Origin: Eledone cirrhosa
Taxonomy: Eukaryota
Direction: 5' to 3'
Assembly: GCA_964016885.1 (NCBI GenBank)
Contig: OZ024743.1
Coordinates: 137,702,001-137,766,000, forward strand
Length of the DNA stretch: 64,000 nt
The notes under the pieces are model-generated. The model was not told the DNA's origin. It saw only the letters and a list, made by a program, of their open reading frames with translations, and made no database searches. Numbering within the stretch: the stretch's first letter is position 1; each line of letters opens with the position of its first letter. Shown piece by piece: positions 40,370-54,779 of this stretch. A program made the position numbers and the translations under genes.

Positions 40370-41940
40370 AACACCAAGAACCAAGCACCAAAACACCAAA
40401 AACCAAGCACCAAGCACTAAACACCAAGCACCAAGCACCAAGCATCAAGCACCAAGCACCAAGCACCAAGCACCAAACACGAAGCACCAAGCACCAGGCA
40501 CCAAACCGCAAACACCAAGCACCAAACACCAAGCACCAAGCACCAAACACCAAACACCAAGCACCAAGCACCAAACACCAGACACCAAGCACCAAACAGC
40601 AAACACCAAACAGCAAACACCAAACACCAAACACCAACCAGCAAACACCAAACACCAAACACCAAACCACAAACACCAAACAGCAAACACCAAACAGCAA
40701 ACACCAAACACCAATCACCAAGCCCCAAGCACCAAACACCAAGCACCAAGCACCAAGCACCCAGAACCAAGCACCAAGCACCAAAGACCAAACACCAAGC
40801 ACCAAGCACCAAACACCAAACACCTAGCACCAAGCACCAAGCACCAAGCACCAAACACCATGCACCAAGCACGAAGCACCAAACACCAAGAACCAAGCAC
40901 CAAAACACCAAAAACCAAGAACCAAGCACCAAAACACCAAACACCAAGCACCAAGCACCAAACACCAAACACCAAGCACCAAACAGCAAGCATCAAGCAC
41001 CAAGCACCAAGCACCAAGCACCAAACACCAATCATCAAGCACCAAACAGCAAACACCAAGCACCAAACACCAAACACCAAGCACCAAGCACCAAACACCA
41101 AACACCAAGCACCAAGCACCAAACACCAAGCACGAAGCACCAAACAGCAAACACCAAACAGCAAACACCAAACACCAAACACCAACCAGCAAACACCAAA
41201 CACCAAACACCAAACCACAAACACCAAACAGCAAACACCAAACAGCAAACACCAAACACCAATCACCAAGCCCCAAGCACCAAACACCAAGCACCAAGCA
41301 CCAAGCACCCAGAACCAAGCACCAAGCACCAAAGACCAAACACCAAGCACCAAGCACCAAACACCAAACACCAAGCACCAAGCACCAAGCACCAAACACC
41401 ATGCACCAAGCACGAAGCACCAAACACCAAGAACCAAGCACCAAAACACCAAAAACCAAGAACCAAGCACCAAAACACCAAAAACCAAGCACCAAGCACT
41501 AAACACCAAGCACCAAGCACCAAGCATCAAGCACCAAGCACCAAGCACCAAGCACCAAACACCAATCATCAAGCACCAAACAGCAAACACCAAGCACCAA
41601 ACACCAAACACCAAGCACCAAGCACCAAACACCAAACACCAAACACCAAACAGCAAACACCAAACATCAAACACCAAACACCAAACACCAACCAGCAAAC
41701 ACCAAACACCAAACCACAAACACCAAACAGCAAACACCAAACAGCAAACACCAAACACCAATCACCAAGCCCCAAGCACCAAACACCAAGCACCAAGCAC
41801 CAAGCACCCAGAACCAAGCACCAAGCACCAAAGACCAAACACCAAGCACCAAGCACCAAACACCAAACACCAAGCACCAAGCACCAAGCACCAAGCACCA
41901 AACACCATGCACCAAGCACGAAGCACCAAACACCAAAAAC
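40370..41940 (-). repeat. About 0.5-kb module in three tandem copies, containing 8-bp CACCAAAA units
   Basis: CCAGAACC marker at 40761, 41309 and 41808 (548 and 499 apart, each 7n+2, matching two 8-bp units per copy). Confidence 0.8.
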
Positions 41941-42299
41941 CAATCACCAAGCACCAAAGAGCAAACACCAAGCCCCAAGCACCAAACACCAAACACCAAA
42001 CACCAAACAGCAAACACTAAACACCAAACACCAAACAGCAAACACCAAACACCAAATATCAAACACCAAACAGCAAACACCAAACAGCAAACAGCAAACA
42101 CCAAACACCAACCAGCAAACACCAAACAGCAAACACCAAACAGCAAACGCCAAACAGCAAACACAAACACCAAACACCAAACACCAAGCACCAAGCGCCA
42201 AACACCAAACACCAAGCACCAAGCGCCAAACACCAAACACCAAGCACCAAGCACCAAGCACCAAGCACCAAACACCAAACAGCAAACAGCAAACAGCAA

Positions 42300-45200
42300 A
42301 CAGCAAACAGCAAACACCAAACACCAAACACCAAGCACCAAACACCAAGCACCAAGCAACAAGCACCAATCAGCAAGCAGCAAGCACTAAACACCAAACA
42401 CCAAGCACCAAGCACCATGCACCAAACACCAAGCATGAAGCACCGAGCACCAAACGCCAAGCACCAAGCAACAAACACCAAGCACCAAGCACCAAGCACC
42501 AAGCACCAAACACCAAGCACCAAAGACCAAGCACCAAATACCAAGCACCAAGCACCAAACACCAATCACCAAGCCCCAAGCACCAAACACCAAGAATTAA
42601 GCACCAATCACTAAACACCAAACACCAAGCACCAAGCACCAAACTCCAAACACCAAACACCAAGCACCAAGCACCAAATCCCAAGCACCAAACACCAAGC
42701 ACCAAGCACCAAACGCCAAACACCAAGCACCAAGCACCAGACACCAAGCACCAAGCACCAAGCACCAAACACCAAAAACCAAGCACCAAGCTCCAAGCAC
42801 CAAACACCAAGCACCAAACACCAAACACCAAGCACCAAGCACCAAACACCAAGCACCAAGCGCCAAACACCAAACACCAAGAACAAAGTACCAAACACCA
42901 ACCACCAACCACCAAGCACAAAACACCAAGCACCAAGCACCAATCACCAAACACCAAGCACCAAGCACCAAACACCAAACACCAAGCACCAAGCACCAAA
43001 CACCAAACACCAAGCACCAAGCACCAATCACCAAGCACCAAGCACCAAGCACCAAGCACCAAACACCAAGCACCAAGCACCAAGCACCAAACACCAAGCA
43101 CCAAACACCAAACACCAAGCACCAAGCACGAAACACCAAGCACCAAGCGCCAAACACCAAACACCAAGCACCAAGCACCAAATACCAAGCACCAAGCACA
43201 AAGAACCAAGCACCAAACACCAAACAGCAAACAGCAAACACCAAACACCAAACACCAAACAGCAAACAGCAAACACCAAACCGCAAACACCAAACAGCAA
43301 ACACCAAACACCAAACACCAACCAGCAAACACCAAACACCAAACACCAAACAGCAAACGCCAAACATCAAACGCAAAACACCAAACGCCAAACAGCAAAC
43401 GCCAAACACCAAACGCCAAACAGCAAGCACCAAGCACTAAACACCAAACACCAAACACCAAGCACCAAGCACCAAACACCAAACACCAAGCACCAAGCAC
43501 CAAGCACCAAACACCAAGCACCAAGCACCAAGCACCAAACACCAAGCACCAAGCACCAAACACGAAGCACCAAACACCAAGCACCAAGCACCAAGCACCA
43601 AACACCAAGCACCAAACAGCAAGCACCAAACACCAAGCACCAAGCACCAAAACACCAAAAACCAAGCACCAAGCACTAAACACCAAGCACCAAGCACCAA
43701 GCATCAAACACCAAGCACCAAGCACCAAGCACCAAACACCAAGCACCAAGCACCAGGCACCAAGCCCCAAACACCAAGCATCAAGCACCAAACAGCAAAC
43801 ACCAAGCACCAAACACCAAGCATCAAGCACCAAGCACCAAGCACCAAGCACCAAACACCAAGCACCAAGCACCAGGCACCAAACACCAAACACCAAGCAC
43901 CAAGCACCAAACACCAAACACCAAGCACCAAGCACCAAACACCAAACCACAAACACCAAACAGCAAACACCAAACAGCAAACAGCAAACACCAAACACCA
44001 AACAGCAAACGCCAAAAAGCAAATGCCAAACCCCATACGCCAAACAGCAAATGCCAAACCCCAAACGCCAAACAGCAAACGCCAAGCACCAAACACCAAA
44101 CACCAAGCGCCAAGCACCAAACACCAAACACCAAGCACCAATCACCAAACACCAAGCACCAAGCGCCAAACACCAAACACCAAACTCCTAGCACCAAGCA
44201 CTAAGCACCAAACACCAAGCACCAAACACCAAGCACCAAGCACCAAGCACCAAGCACCAAACACCAATCACCAAGCCCCACGCACCAAACACCAAGCACC
44301 AAGCACCAAGCACCCAGAACCAAGCACCAAGCAACAAACACCAAACACCAAGCACGAAGCACCAAACACCAAACACCAAGCACCAAGCAGCAAGCACCAA
44401 GCACCAAACACCATACACCAAGCACGAAGCACCAAACACCAAAAACCAATCACCAAGCACCAAAGAGCAAACACCAAGCCCCAAGTACCAAACACCAAAC
44501 ACCAAACACCAAACAGCAAACACTAAACACCAAACTCCAAACAGCAAACACCAAACACCAAATATCAAACACCAACCAGCAAACACCAAACAGCAAACAC
44601 CAAACAGCAAACACCAAACAGCAAACAGAAAACACCAAACACCAACCAGCAAACACCAAGCACCAAACACCAAACAGCAAACGCCAAAAAGCAAATGCCA
44701 AACCCCATACGCCAAACAGCAAATGCCAAATCCCAAACGCCAAACAGCAAACGCCAAGCGCCAAACACCAAACACCAAGCGCCAAGCACCAAACACCAAG
44801 CACCAATCACCAAACACCAAACACCAAACTCCTAGCACCAAGCACCAAGCACCAAACACCAAGCACCAAACACCAAGCACCAAGCACCAAGCACCAAGCA
44901 CCAAACACCAATCACCAAGCCCCAAGCACCAAATAACAAGCACCAAGCACCAAGCACCCAGAACCAAGCACCAAGCACCAAGCTCCAAGCACCAAGCACC
45001 AAGCACCAAACACCAAACACCAAGCACCAAGCACCAAACACCAAGCACCAAGCGCCAAACACCAAACACCAAGAACAAAGTACCAAACACCAAGCACCAA
45101 CCACCAAGCACAAAACACCAAGCACCAAGCACCAAGCACCAAACACCAAGCACCAAGCACCAAGCACCAAACACCAAACACCAAGCACCAAGCACCAAGC

Positions 45201-48150
45201 ACCAAGCACCAAACACCAAACAGCAAACACCAAACAGCAAACAGCAAACAGCAAACACCAAACACCAAACACCAAGCACCAAACACCAAGCACCAAGCAA
45301 CAAGCACCAATCAGCAAGCAGCAAGCACTAAACACCAAACACCAAGCACCAAGCACCATGCACCAAACACCAAGCATGAAGCACCAAGCACCAAACGCCA
45401 AGCACCAAGCACCAAATACCAAGCACCAAGCACCAAACACCAATCACCAAGCCTCAAGCACCAAACACCAAGAATTAAGCACCAATCACTAAACACCAAA
45501 CACCAAGCACCAAGCACCAAACTCCAAACACCAAACACCAAGCACCAAGCACCAAATCCCAAGCACCAAACACCAAGCACCAAGCACCAAACACCAAACA
45601 CCAAGCACCAAGCACCAGACACCAAGCACCAAGCACCAAGCACCAAGCACCAAAAACCAAGCACCAAGCTCCAAGCACCAAACACCAAGCACCAAACACC
45701 AAACACCAAGCACCAAGCACCAAACACCAAGCACCAAGCGCCAAACACCAAACACCAAGAACAAAGTACCAAACACCAACCACCAACCACCAAGCACAAA
45801 ACACCAAGCACCAAGCACCAATCACCAAACACCAAGCACCAAGCACCAAACACCAAACACCAAGCACCAAGCACCAAACACCAAACACCAAGCCCCAAGC
45901 ACCAAACACCAAATACCAAGCACCAAGCACCAAGCACCAAGCACCAAACACCAAGCACCAAGCACCAAGCACCAAACACCAAGCACCAAACACCAAACAC
46001 CAAGCACCAAGCACGAAACACCAAGCACCAAGCGCCAAACACCAAACACCAAGCACCAAGCACCAAATACCAAGCACCAAGCACAAAGAACCAAGCACCA
46101 AACACCAAACAGCAAACAGCAAACACCAAACACCAAACACCAAACAGCAAACAGCAAACACCAAACCGCAAACACCAAACAGCAAACACCAAACACCAAA
46201 CACCAACCAGCAAACACCAAACACCAAACACCAAACAGCAAACGCCAAACATCAAACGCAAAACACCAAACGCCAAACAGCAAACGCCAAACACCAAACG
46301 CCAAACAGCAAGCACCAAGCACTAAACACCAAACACCAAGCACCAAACACCAAACACCAAGCACCAAGCACCAAACACCAAACACCAAGCACCAAGCACC
46401 AAACACCAAACACCAAGCACCAAGCACCAAGCACCAAACACCAAGCACCAAGCACCAAGCACCAAACACAAAGCACCAAGCACCAAACACGAAGCACCAA
46501 ACACCAAGCACCAAGCACCAAGCACCAAACACCAAGCACCAAACAGCAAGCACCAAACACCAAGCACCAAGCACCAAAACACCAAAAACCAAGCACCAAG
46601 CACTAAACACCAAGCACCAAGCACCAAGCATCAAACACCAAGCACCAAGCACCAAGCACCAAACACCAAGCACCAAGCACCAGGCACCAAGCCCCAAACA
46701 CCAAGCATCAAGCACCAAACAGCAAACACCAAGCACCAAACACCAAGCATCAAGCACCAAGCACCAAGCACCAAGCACCAAACACCAAGCACCAAGCACC
46801 AGGCACCAAACACCAAACACCAAGCACCAAGCACCAAACACCAAACACCAAGCACCAAGCACCAAACACCAAACCACAAACACCAAACAGCAAACACCAA
46901 ACAGCAAACAGCAAACACCAAACACCAAACAGCAAACGCCAAAAAGCAAATGCCAAACCCCATACGCCAAACAGCAAATGTCAAACCCCAAACGCCAAAC
47001 AGCAAACGCCAAGCACCAAACACCAAACACCAAGCGCCAAGCACCAAACACCAAACACCAAGCACCAATCACCAAACACCAAGCACCAAGCGCCAAACAC
47101 CAAACACCAAACTCCTAGCACCAAGCACTAAGCACCAAACACCAAGCACCAAACACCAAGCACCAAGCACCAAGCACCAAGCACCAAACACCAATCACCA
47201 AGCCCCACGCACCAAACACCAAGCACCAAGCACCAAGCACCCAGAACCAAGCACCAAGCAACAAACACCAAACACCAAGCACGAAGCACCAAACACCAAA
47301 CACCAAGCACCAAGCAGCAAGCACCAAGCACCAAACACCATACACCAAGCACGAAGCACCAAACACCAAAAACCAATCACCAAGCACCAAAGAGCAAACA
47401 CCAAGCCCCAAGTACCAAACACCAAACACCAAACACCAAACAGCAAACACTAAACACCAAACTCCAAACAGCAAACACCAAACACCAAATATCAAACACC
47501 AACCAGCAAACACCAAACAGCAAACACCAAACAGCAAACACCAAACAGCAAACAGAAAACACCAAACACCAACCAGCAAACACTAAGCACCAAACACCAA
47601 ACAGCAAACGCCAAAAAGCAAATGCCAAACCCCATACGCCAAACAGCAAATGCCAAATCCCAAACGCCAAACAGCAAACGCCAAGCGCCAAACACCAAAC
47701 ACCAAGCGCCAAGCACCAAACACCAAACACCAAGCACCAAGCACCAAACACCAAACACCAAGCACCAATCACCAAACACCAAGCACCAATCGCCAAACAC
47801 CAAACACCAAACTCCTAGCACCAAGCACCAAGCACCAAACACCAAGCACCAAACACCAATCACCAAGCCCCAAGCACCAAATAACAAGCACCAAGCACCA
47901 AGCACCCAGAACCAAGCACCAAGCACCAAGCTCCAAGCACCAAGCACCAAGCACCAAACACCAAACACCAAGCTCCAAGCACCAAACACCAAGCACCAAG
48001 CGCCAAACACCAAACACCAAGAACAAAGTACCGAACACCAAGCACCAACCACCAAGCACAAAACACCAAGCACCAAGCACCAAGCACCAAACACCAAGCA
48101 CCAAGCACCAAGCACCAAACACCAAACACCAAGCGCCAAGCGCCAAACAC
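42300..48150 (-). repeat. About 2.9-kb higher-order tandem duplication
   Basis: GAATTAAGC at 42594/45472 (2878) and CCCCACGCACC at 44276/47203 (2927). ORFs 44023..44526 and 46950..47453 are near-identical. Confidence 0.9.
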
Positions 48151-48279
48151 CAAATACCAAGCACCAAGCACTAAACACCAAACAGCAAGCACCAAGCACC
48201 AAGCACCAAGCACCAAGCACCAAACACCAAGTACAAAGCACCAAGCACCAAACACCAAACACCAAACACCAAGCACCAA

Positions 48280-48830
48280 GCACCAAACACCAAACACCAA
48301 GCACCAAGCACCAGACACCAAGCACCAAGCACCAAGCACCAATCACCTAACACCAAGCACGAAGCACCAAACACCAAACACCAAGCACCAAGCACCAAAC
48401 ACCAAATACCAAGCACGAAGCACCAAGCACCAAGCACCAAATACCAAACACCAAGCAACAAGCACCAAACACCAAACACCAAACACCAGGCACCAAGCAC
48501 CAAGCACCAAGCACCAAGCAAAAAACACAAAGCACCAAGCACCAAGCACCAAACACCAAACACCAAGCACCAAGCACCAGACACCAAGCACCAAGCACCA
48601 AGCACCAATCACCTAACACCAAGCACGAAGCACCAAACACCAAACACCAAGCACCAAGCACCAAACACCAAATACCAAGCACGAAGCACCAAGCACCAAG
48701 CACCAAATACCAAACACCAAGCAACAAGCACCAAACACCAAACACCAAACACCAGGCACCAAGCACCAAGCACCAAGCACCAAGCAAAAAACACAAAGCA
48801 CCAAGCACCAAGCACCAAACACCAAACACC
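48280..48830 (-). repeat. 266-bp (38-unit) tandem duplication
   Basis: AATCACCTAACACCAAGCACGAAG occurs twice, with CCTAA at about 48346 and 48612. ORFs 48343 and 48609 share their C-terminal translation. Confidence 0.85.
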
Positions 48831-51599
48831 AAACACCAGGCACCAAGCACCAAGCAGCAAGCACCAAGCACCAAGCACAAAGCACCAAACACCAAACACC
48901 AAGCACTAAGCACCAAACACCAAACACCAAGCACAAAGCACCAAAGAAGAAAAACAAAGCACCAAGCACCAAACACCAAACACCAAACACCAAACACCAA
49001 ACAGCAAACACCAAACAGCAAAAACCAAACAGCAAACAGCAAACACCAAACACCAAACACCAAGCACCAAGTACCAAGCACCAAACAACAACACCAAGCA
49101 CCAAGCACCAAACACCACGCACCAAGCACCAAACACCAAACACCAAGCTCCAAGCACCAAACACCAAACACCAAGCACCAAGCAGCAAACACCAATCACC
49201 AAGCACCAAGCACCAAACACCAAGCACCAAACACCAAGCACCAATCACCAAACACCAAACACCAAGAACCAAGCACCAAACACCAAACACCAAGCACCTA
49301 GCACCAAACACCAAGCACCAAGCACCAAGCAGCAAACACCAAGCACCAAGCACCAAACACCAAGCACCAAGCACGAAACACCAAGCACCAAGCACCGAGC
49401 ACCAAACACCAAGTAGCAAGCACCAATCACCAAACACCAAGCACCAAGCACCAAACACCAAACACCAAAAACCAAGCACCAAACACCAAATACCAAGCAC
49501 CAAGCACCAAACACCAAGCACCAAGCACCAAGCACAAAACACCAAGCACCAAGCGCTAAACATAAAACACTAAGCACCAAGCACCAAGCACCAAGCACCA
49601 AACACCAAACATCAAACACCAATCACCAAACATCAAACAGCAAACACCAAACACCAAACACCAAACATCAAACAGCAAACAACAAACAACAAATGCCAAA
49701 CATCAAACGCCAAACACCAAACACCAAATAGCAAACACCAAACCGCAAACACCAAACACCAAACAGGAAACACCAAACACCAAACAGCGAACACCAAACA
49801 GCAAACACCAAACACCAAGCACCAAGCACCAAGCACCAAACACCAAGCACCAAGCACCAAACACCAAAAACCAAGCACCAAGCACTAAACACCAAGCACC
49901 AAACCCCGAGCACCAAACACCAAGTACCAAGCACCAATCACCAAACACCAAGCACCAAGCACCAAACACCAAACACCAAACACCAAGCACCAAGCACCAA
50001 ACACCAAACACCAAGAACCAAGCACCAAACACCAAACACCAGGCACCAAGGACCAAGCACCAAGCACCAAGCAAAAAACACAAAGCACCAAGCACCAAGC
50101 ACCAAACACCAAACACCAAACACCAGGCACCAAGCACCAAACACCAAGCACCAAACACCAAACACCAAGCACCAAGCACCAAGCACAAAGCACCAAACAC
50201 CAAACACCAAGCACTAAGCACCAAACACCAAACACCAAGCACCAAACACCAAACAGCAAACACCAAACAGCAAACACCAAACAGCAAACAGCAAACACCA
50301 AACACCAAACACCAAGCACCAAGTACCAAGTACCAAACAACAACACCAAGCACCAAGCACCAAACACCAAGCACCAAGCACCAAACACCAAACACCAAAC
50401 ACCAAACAGCAAACACCAAACAGCAAACACCAAACAGCAAACAGCAAACACCAAACACCAAACACCAAGCACCAAGTACCAAGCACCAAACAACAACACC
50501 AAGCACCAAGCACCAAACACCAAGCACCAAGCACCAAACACCAAACACCAAGCTCCAAGCACCAAACACCAAACACCAAGCACCAAGCAGCAAACACCAA
50601 TCACCAAGCACCAAGCACCAAACACCAAGCACCAAACACCAAGCACCAATCACCAAACACCAAACACCAAGAACCAAGCACCAAACACAAAACACCAAGC
50701 ACCAAACACCAAACACCAAGCACCAAGCACCAAGCACCAAATACCAAACACCAAACACCAAGCACCTAGCACCAAACACCAAGCACCAAGCACCAAGCAA
50801 CAAACACCAAGCACCAAGCACCAAACACCAAGCACCAAGCACGAAACACCAAGCACCAAGCACCGAGCACCAAACACCAAGTACCAAGCACCAATCACCA
50901 AACACCAAGCACCAAGCACCAAACACCAAACACCAAACACCAAGCACCAAGCACCAAACACCAAACACCAAGAACCAAGCACCAAACACCAAATACCAAG
51001 CACCAAGCACCAAACACCAAGCACCAAGCACCAAGCACAAAACACCAAGCACCAAGCGCTAAACATAAAACACTAAGCACCAAGCACCAAGCACCAAGCA
51101 CCAAACACCAAACATCAAACACCAATCACCAAACATCAAACAGCAAACACCAAACACCAAACACCAAACATCAAACACCAAACAGCAAACAAGAAACAAC
51201 AAATGCCAAACATCAAACGCCAAACACCAAACACCAAATAGCAAACACCAAACCGCAAACACCAAACACCAAACAGGAAACACCAAACACCAAACAGCGA
51301 ACAACAAACAGCAAACACCAAACACCAAGCACCAAGCACCAAGCACAAAAGACCAAGCACCAAGCGCCAAACACCAAACACCAAGCACCAAGCACCAAAC
51401 ACCAAGCACCAAACACCAAACACCAATCACCAACCGCCAAACACCAAATACCAAGCACCAAGCACTAAACACCAAACACCAAGCACCAAGCACCAAGCAT
51501 CAAGCACCAAGCACCAAACACCAAGCACCAAGCACCAAGCACCAAGCACCAAACACAAAACACCAAGTACCAAGCACCAAGCACCAAACACCAAACACC

Positions 51600-54450
51600 A
51601 AACACCAAGCACCAAGCACCAAACACCAAACACCAAGCACCAAGCACCAGACACCAAGCACCAAGCACCAAGCACCAATCACCAAACACCAAGCACTAAG
51701 CACCAAATACCAAACACCAAGCTCCAAGCACCAAACACCAAGCACCAAGCACCAAACCTCAATCACCAAGCACCAAGCACCAAACCCCAAGCACCAAACA
51801 CCAAGCACCAATCACCAAACACCAAACACCAAGAACCAAGCACCAAACACAAAACACCAAGCACCAAGCACCAAACACCAAGCACCAAGCACCAAGCACC
51901 AAACACCAAGCACCAAGTACCAAACACCAAACACCAAGCACCAAGCACCAAGCACCAAACACCAAACACCAAGCACCAAGCACCAAACACTAAACACCAG
52001 GCTCCAAGCACAAAACACCAAGCACCAAGCACCAAGCACCAAACACCAAACACCAAACACCAAGCACCGAGCACCAAACACCAAGCACCAAGCACCAAGC
52101 AACAAACAACAAGCACCAAGCACCAAACACCAAGCCCCAAGCACCAAGCACCAAATACCAAACACCAAGCACCAAGCACCAAGCACCAAGCACCAAGCAC
52201 CAGACACGAAGCACCAAGCACCAAGCACCAAGCATCAAGCACCAAATACCAAACACCAAGCACCAAGCACCACACACCAAACACCAAGCACCAAGCACCA
52301 AACACCAAACACCAAACACCAGGCACCAAGCACCAATCACCAAGCACCAAGCCAAAAACACAATGCACCAAGCACCAAGCACCAAACACCAAACACCAAA
52401 CACCAGGCACCAAGCACCAAGCAGCAAGCACCAAGCACCAAGCACCAAGCACCAAACACCAAACACCAATCACCAAGCACCAAACACCAAACACCAAGCC
52501 CAAAGCACCAAAGAGCAAAAACAAAACACCAAGCACCAAACACCAAACACCAAGCACCAAACACCAAACACCAAGCACCAAGCACTAAACACCAAACACC
52601 AAGCAGCAAGCACCAAGCACCAAACACCAAGCACCAAGCACCAAGCACCAAACACCAAGCACCAAGCACCAAACACCAAACACCAAGTGCCAAACACCAA
52701 GCACCAAACACCAAGCACCAAGCACCAAGCACCAGACACCAAGCACCAAGCACCAAGCACCAAACACCAAACACCAACCACCAGGTACCAAGAACCAAAC
52801 ACCAAGCACCAATCACCAAACACCAAGCACCAAGCACCAAGCACCAAGCACCAAACACCAAGCACCAAGCACTAAACACCAAGCAACAAGCACCAAGCAT
52901 CAAGCACCAAGCACCAAGCACCAAGCACCAAACACCAAGCACCAAGCACCAAGCACCAAACACCAAGCACCAAGCACCAAACAGCAAATACCAAGCACCA
53001 AACACCAAACACCAAGCACCAAGCACCAAACACCAAACACCAAGCACCAAGCACCAGACACCAAGCACCAAGCACCAAGCACCAATCACCAAACACCAAG
53101 CACTAAGCACCAAATACCAAACACCAAGCTCCAAGCACCAAACACCAAGCACCAAGCACCAAACCTCAATCACCAAGCACCAAGCACCAAACCCCAAGCA
53201 CCAAACACCAAGCACCAATCACCAAACACCAAACACCAAGAACCAAGCACCAAACACAAAACACCAAGCACCAAGCACCAAACACCAAGCACCAAGCACC
53301 AAGCACCAAACACCAAGCACCAAGTACCAAACACCAAACACCAAGCACCAAGCACCAAGCACCAAACACCAAACACCAAGCACCAAGCACCAAACACTAA
53401 ACACCAGGCTCCAAGCACAAAACACCAAGCACCAAGCACCAAGCACCAAACACCAAACACCAAACACCAAGCACCGAGCACCAAACACCAAGCACCAAGC
53501 ACCAAGCAACAAACAACAAGCACCAAGCACCAAACACCAAGCCCCAAGCACCAAGCACCAAATACCAAACACCAAGCACCAAGCACCAAGCACCAAGCAC
53601 CAAGCACCAGACACGAAGCACCAAGCACCAAGCACCAAGCATCAAGCACCAAATACCAAACACCAAGCACCAAGCACCACACACCAAACACCAAGCACCA
53701 AGCACCAAACACCAAACACCAAACACCAGGCACCAAGCACCAATCACCAAGCACCAAGCCAAAAACACAATGCACCAAGCACCAAGCACCAAACACCAAA
53801 CACCAAACACCAGGCACCAAGCACCAAGCAGCAAGCACCAAGCACCAAGCACCAAGCACCAAACACCAAACACCAATCACCAAGCACCAAACACCAAACA
53901 CCAAGCCCAAAGCACCAAAGAGCAAAAACAAAACACCAAGCACCAAACACCAAACACCAAGCACCAAACACCAAACACCAAGCACCAAGCACTAAACACC
54001 AAACACCAAGCAGCAAGCACCAAGCACCAAACACCAAGCACCAAGCACCAAGCACCAAACACCAAGCACCAAGCACCAAACACCAAACACCAAGTGCCAA
54101 ACACCAAGCACCAAACACCAAGCACCAAGCACCAAGCACCAGACACCAAGCACCAAGCACCAAGCACCAAACACCAAACACCAACCACCAGGTACCAAGA
54201 ACCAAACACCAAGCACCAATCACCAAACACCAAGCACCAAGCACCAAGCACCAAACACCAAGCACCAAGCACTAAACACCAAGCAACAAGCACCAAGCAT
54301 CAAGCACCAAGCACCAAGCACCAAGCACCAAACACCAAGCACCAAGCACCAAGCACCAAACACCAAGCACCAAGCACCAAACAGCAAATACCAAGCACCA
54401 AACACCAAACACCAAGCACCAAGCACCAAACACCAAACACCAAGCACCAA
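51600..54450 (-). repeat. Near-perfect 1407-bp (201-unit) tandem duplication
   Basis: AAACCTCAATC at 51754/53161 and CCAGGTACC at 52781/54188. ORF pairs 51759/53166, 51763/53170, 51812/53219 and 51990/53397 are identical. Confidence 0.93.
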
Positions 54451-54779
54451 ACACCAAGCACCAAGTCCCAAGCACCCAACACCAAGCACCAAGCACCAAA
54501 CACCAAGCACCAAGCACCAAGCACCATGCACCAAACACCAAGCACCAAGCACCAAACAGCAAACACCAAACAGCAAACACCAAACAGCAAACACCAAACA
54601 GCAAACACCAAACAGCAAACAGCAAACACCAAACACCAAACAGCAAACGCCAAAAAGCAAACGCCAAACCCCAAACGCCAAACAGCAAATGCCAAACCCC
54701 AAATGCCAAACAGCAAACGCCAAGCACCAAACACCAAACACCTAGCACCAAGCACAAAACACCAAACACCAAGCACCAA

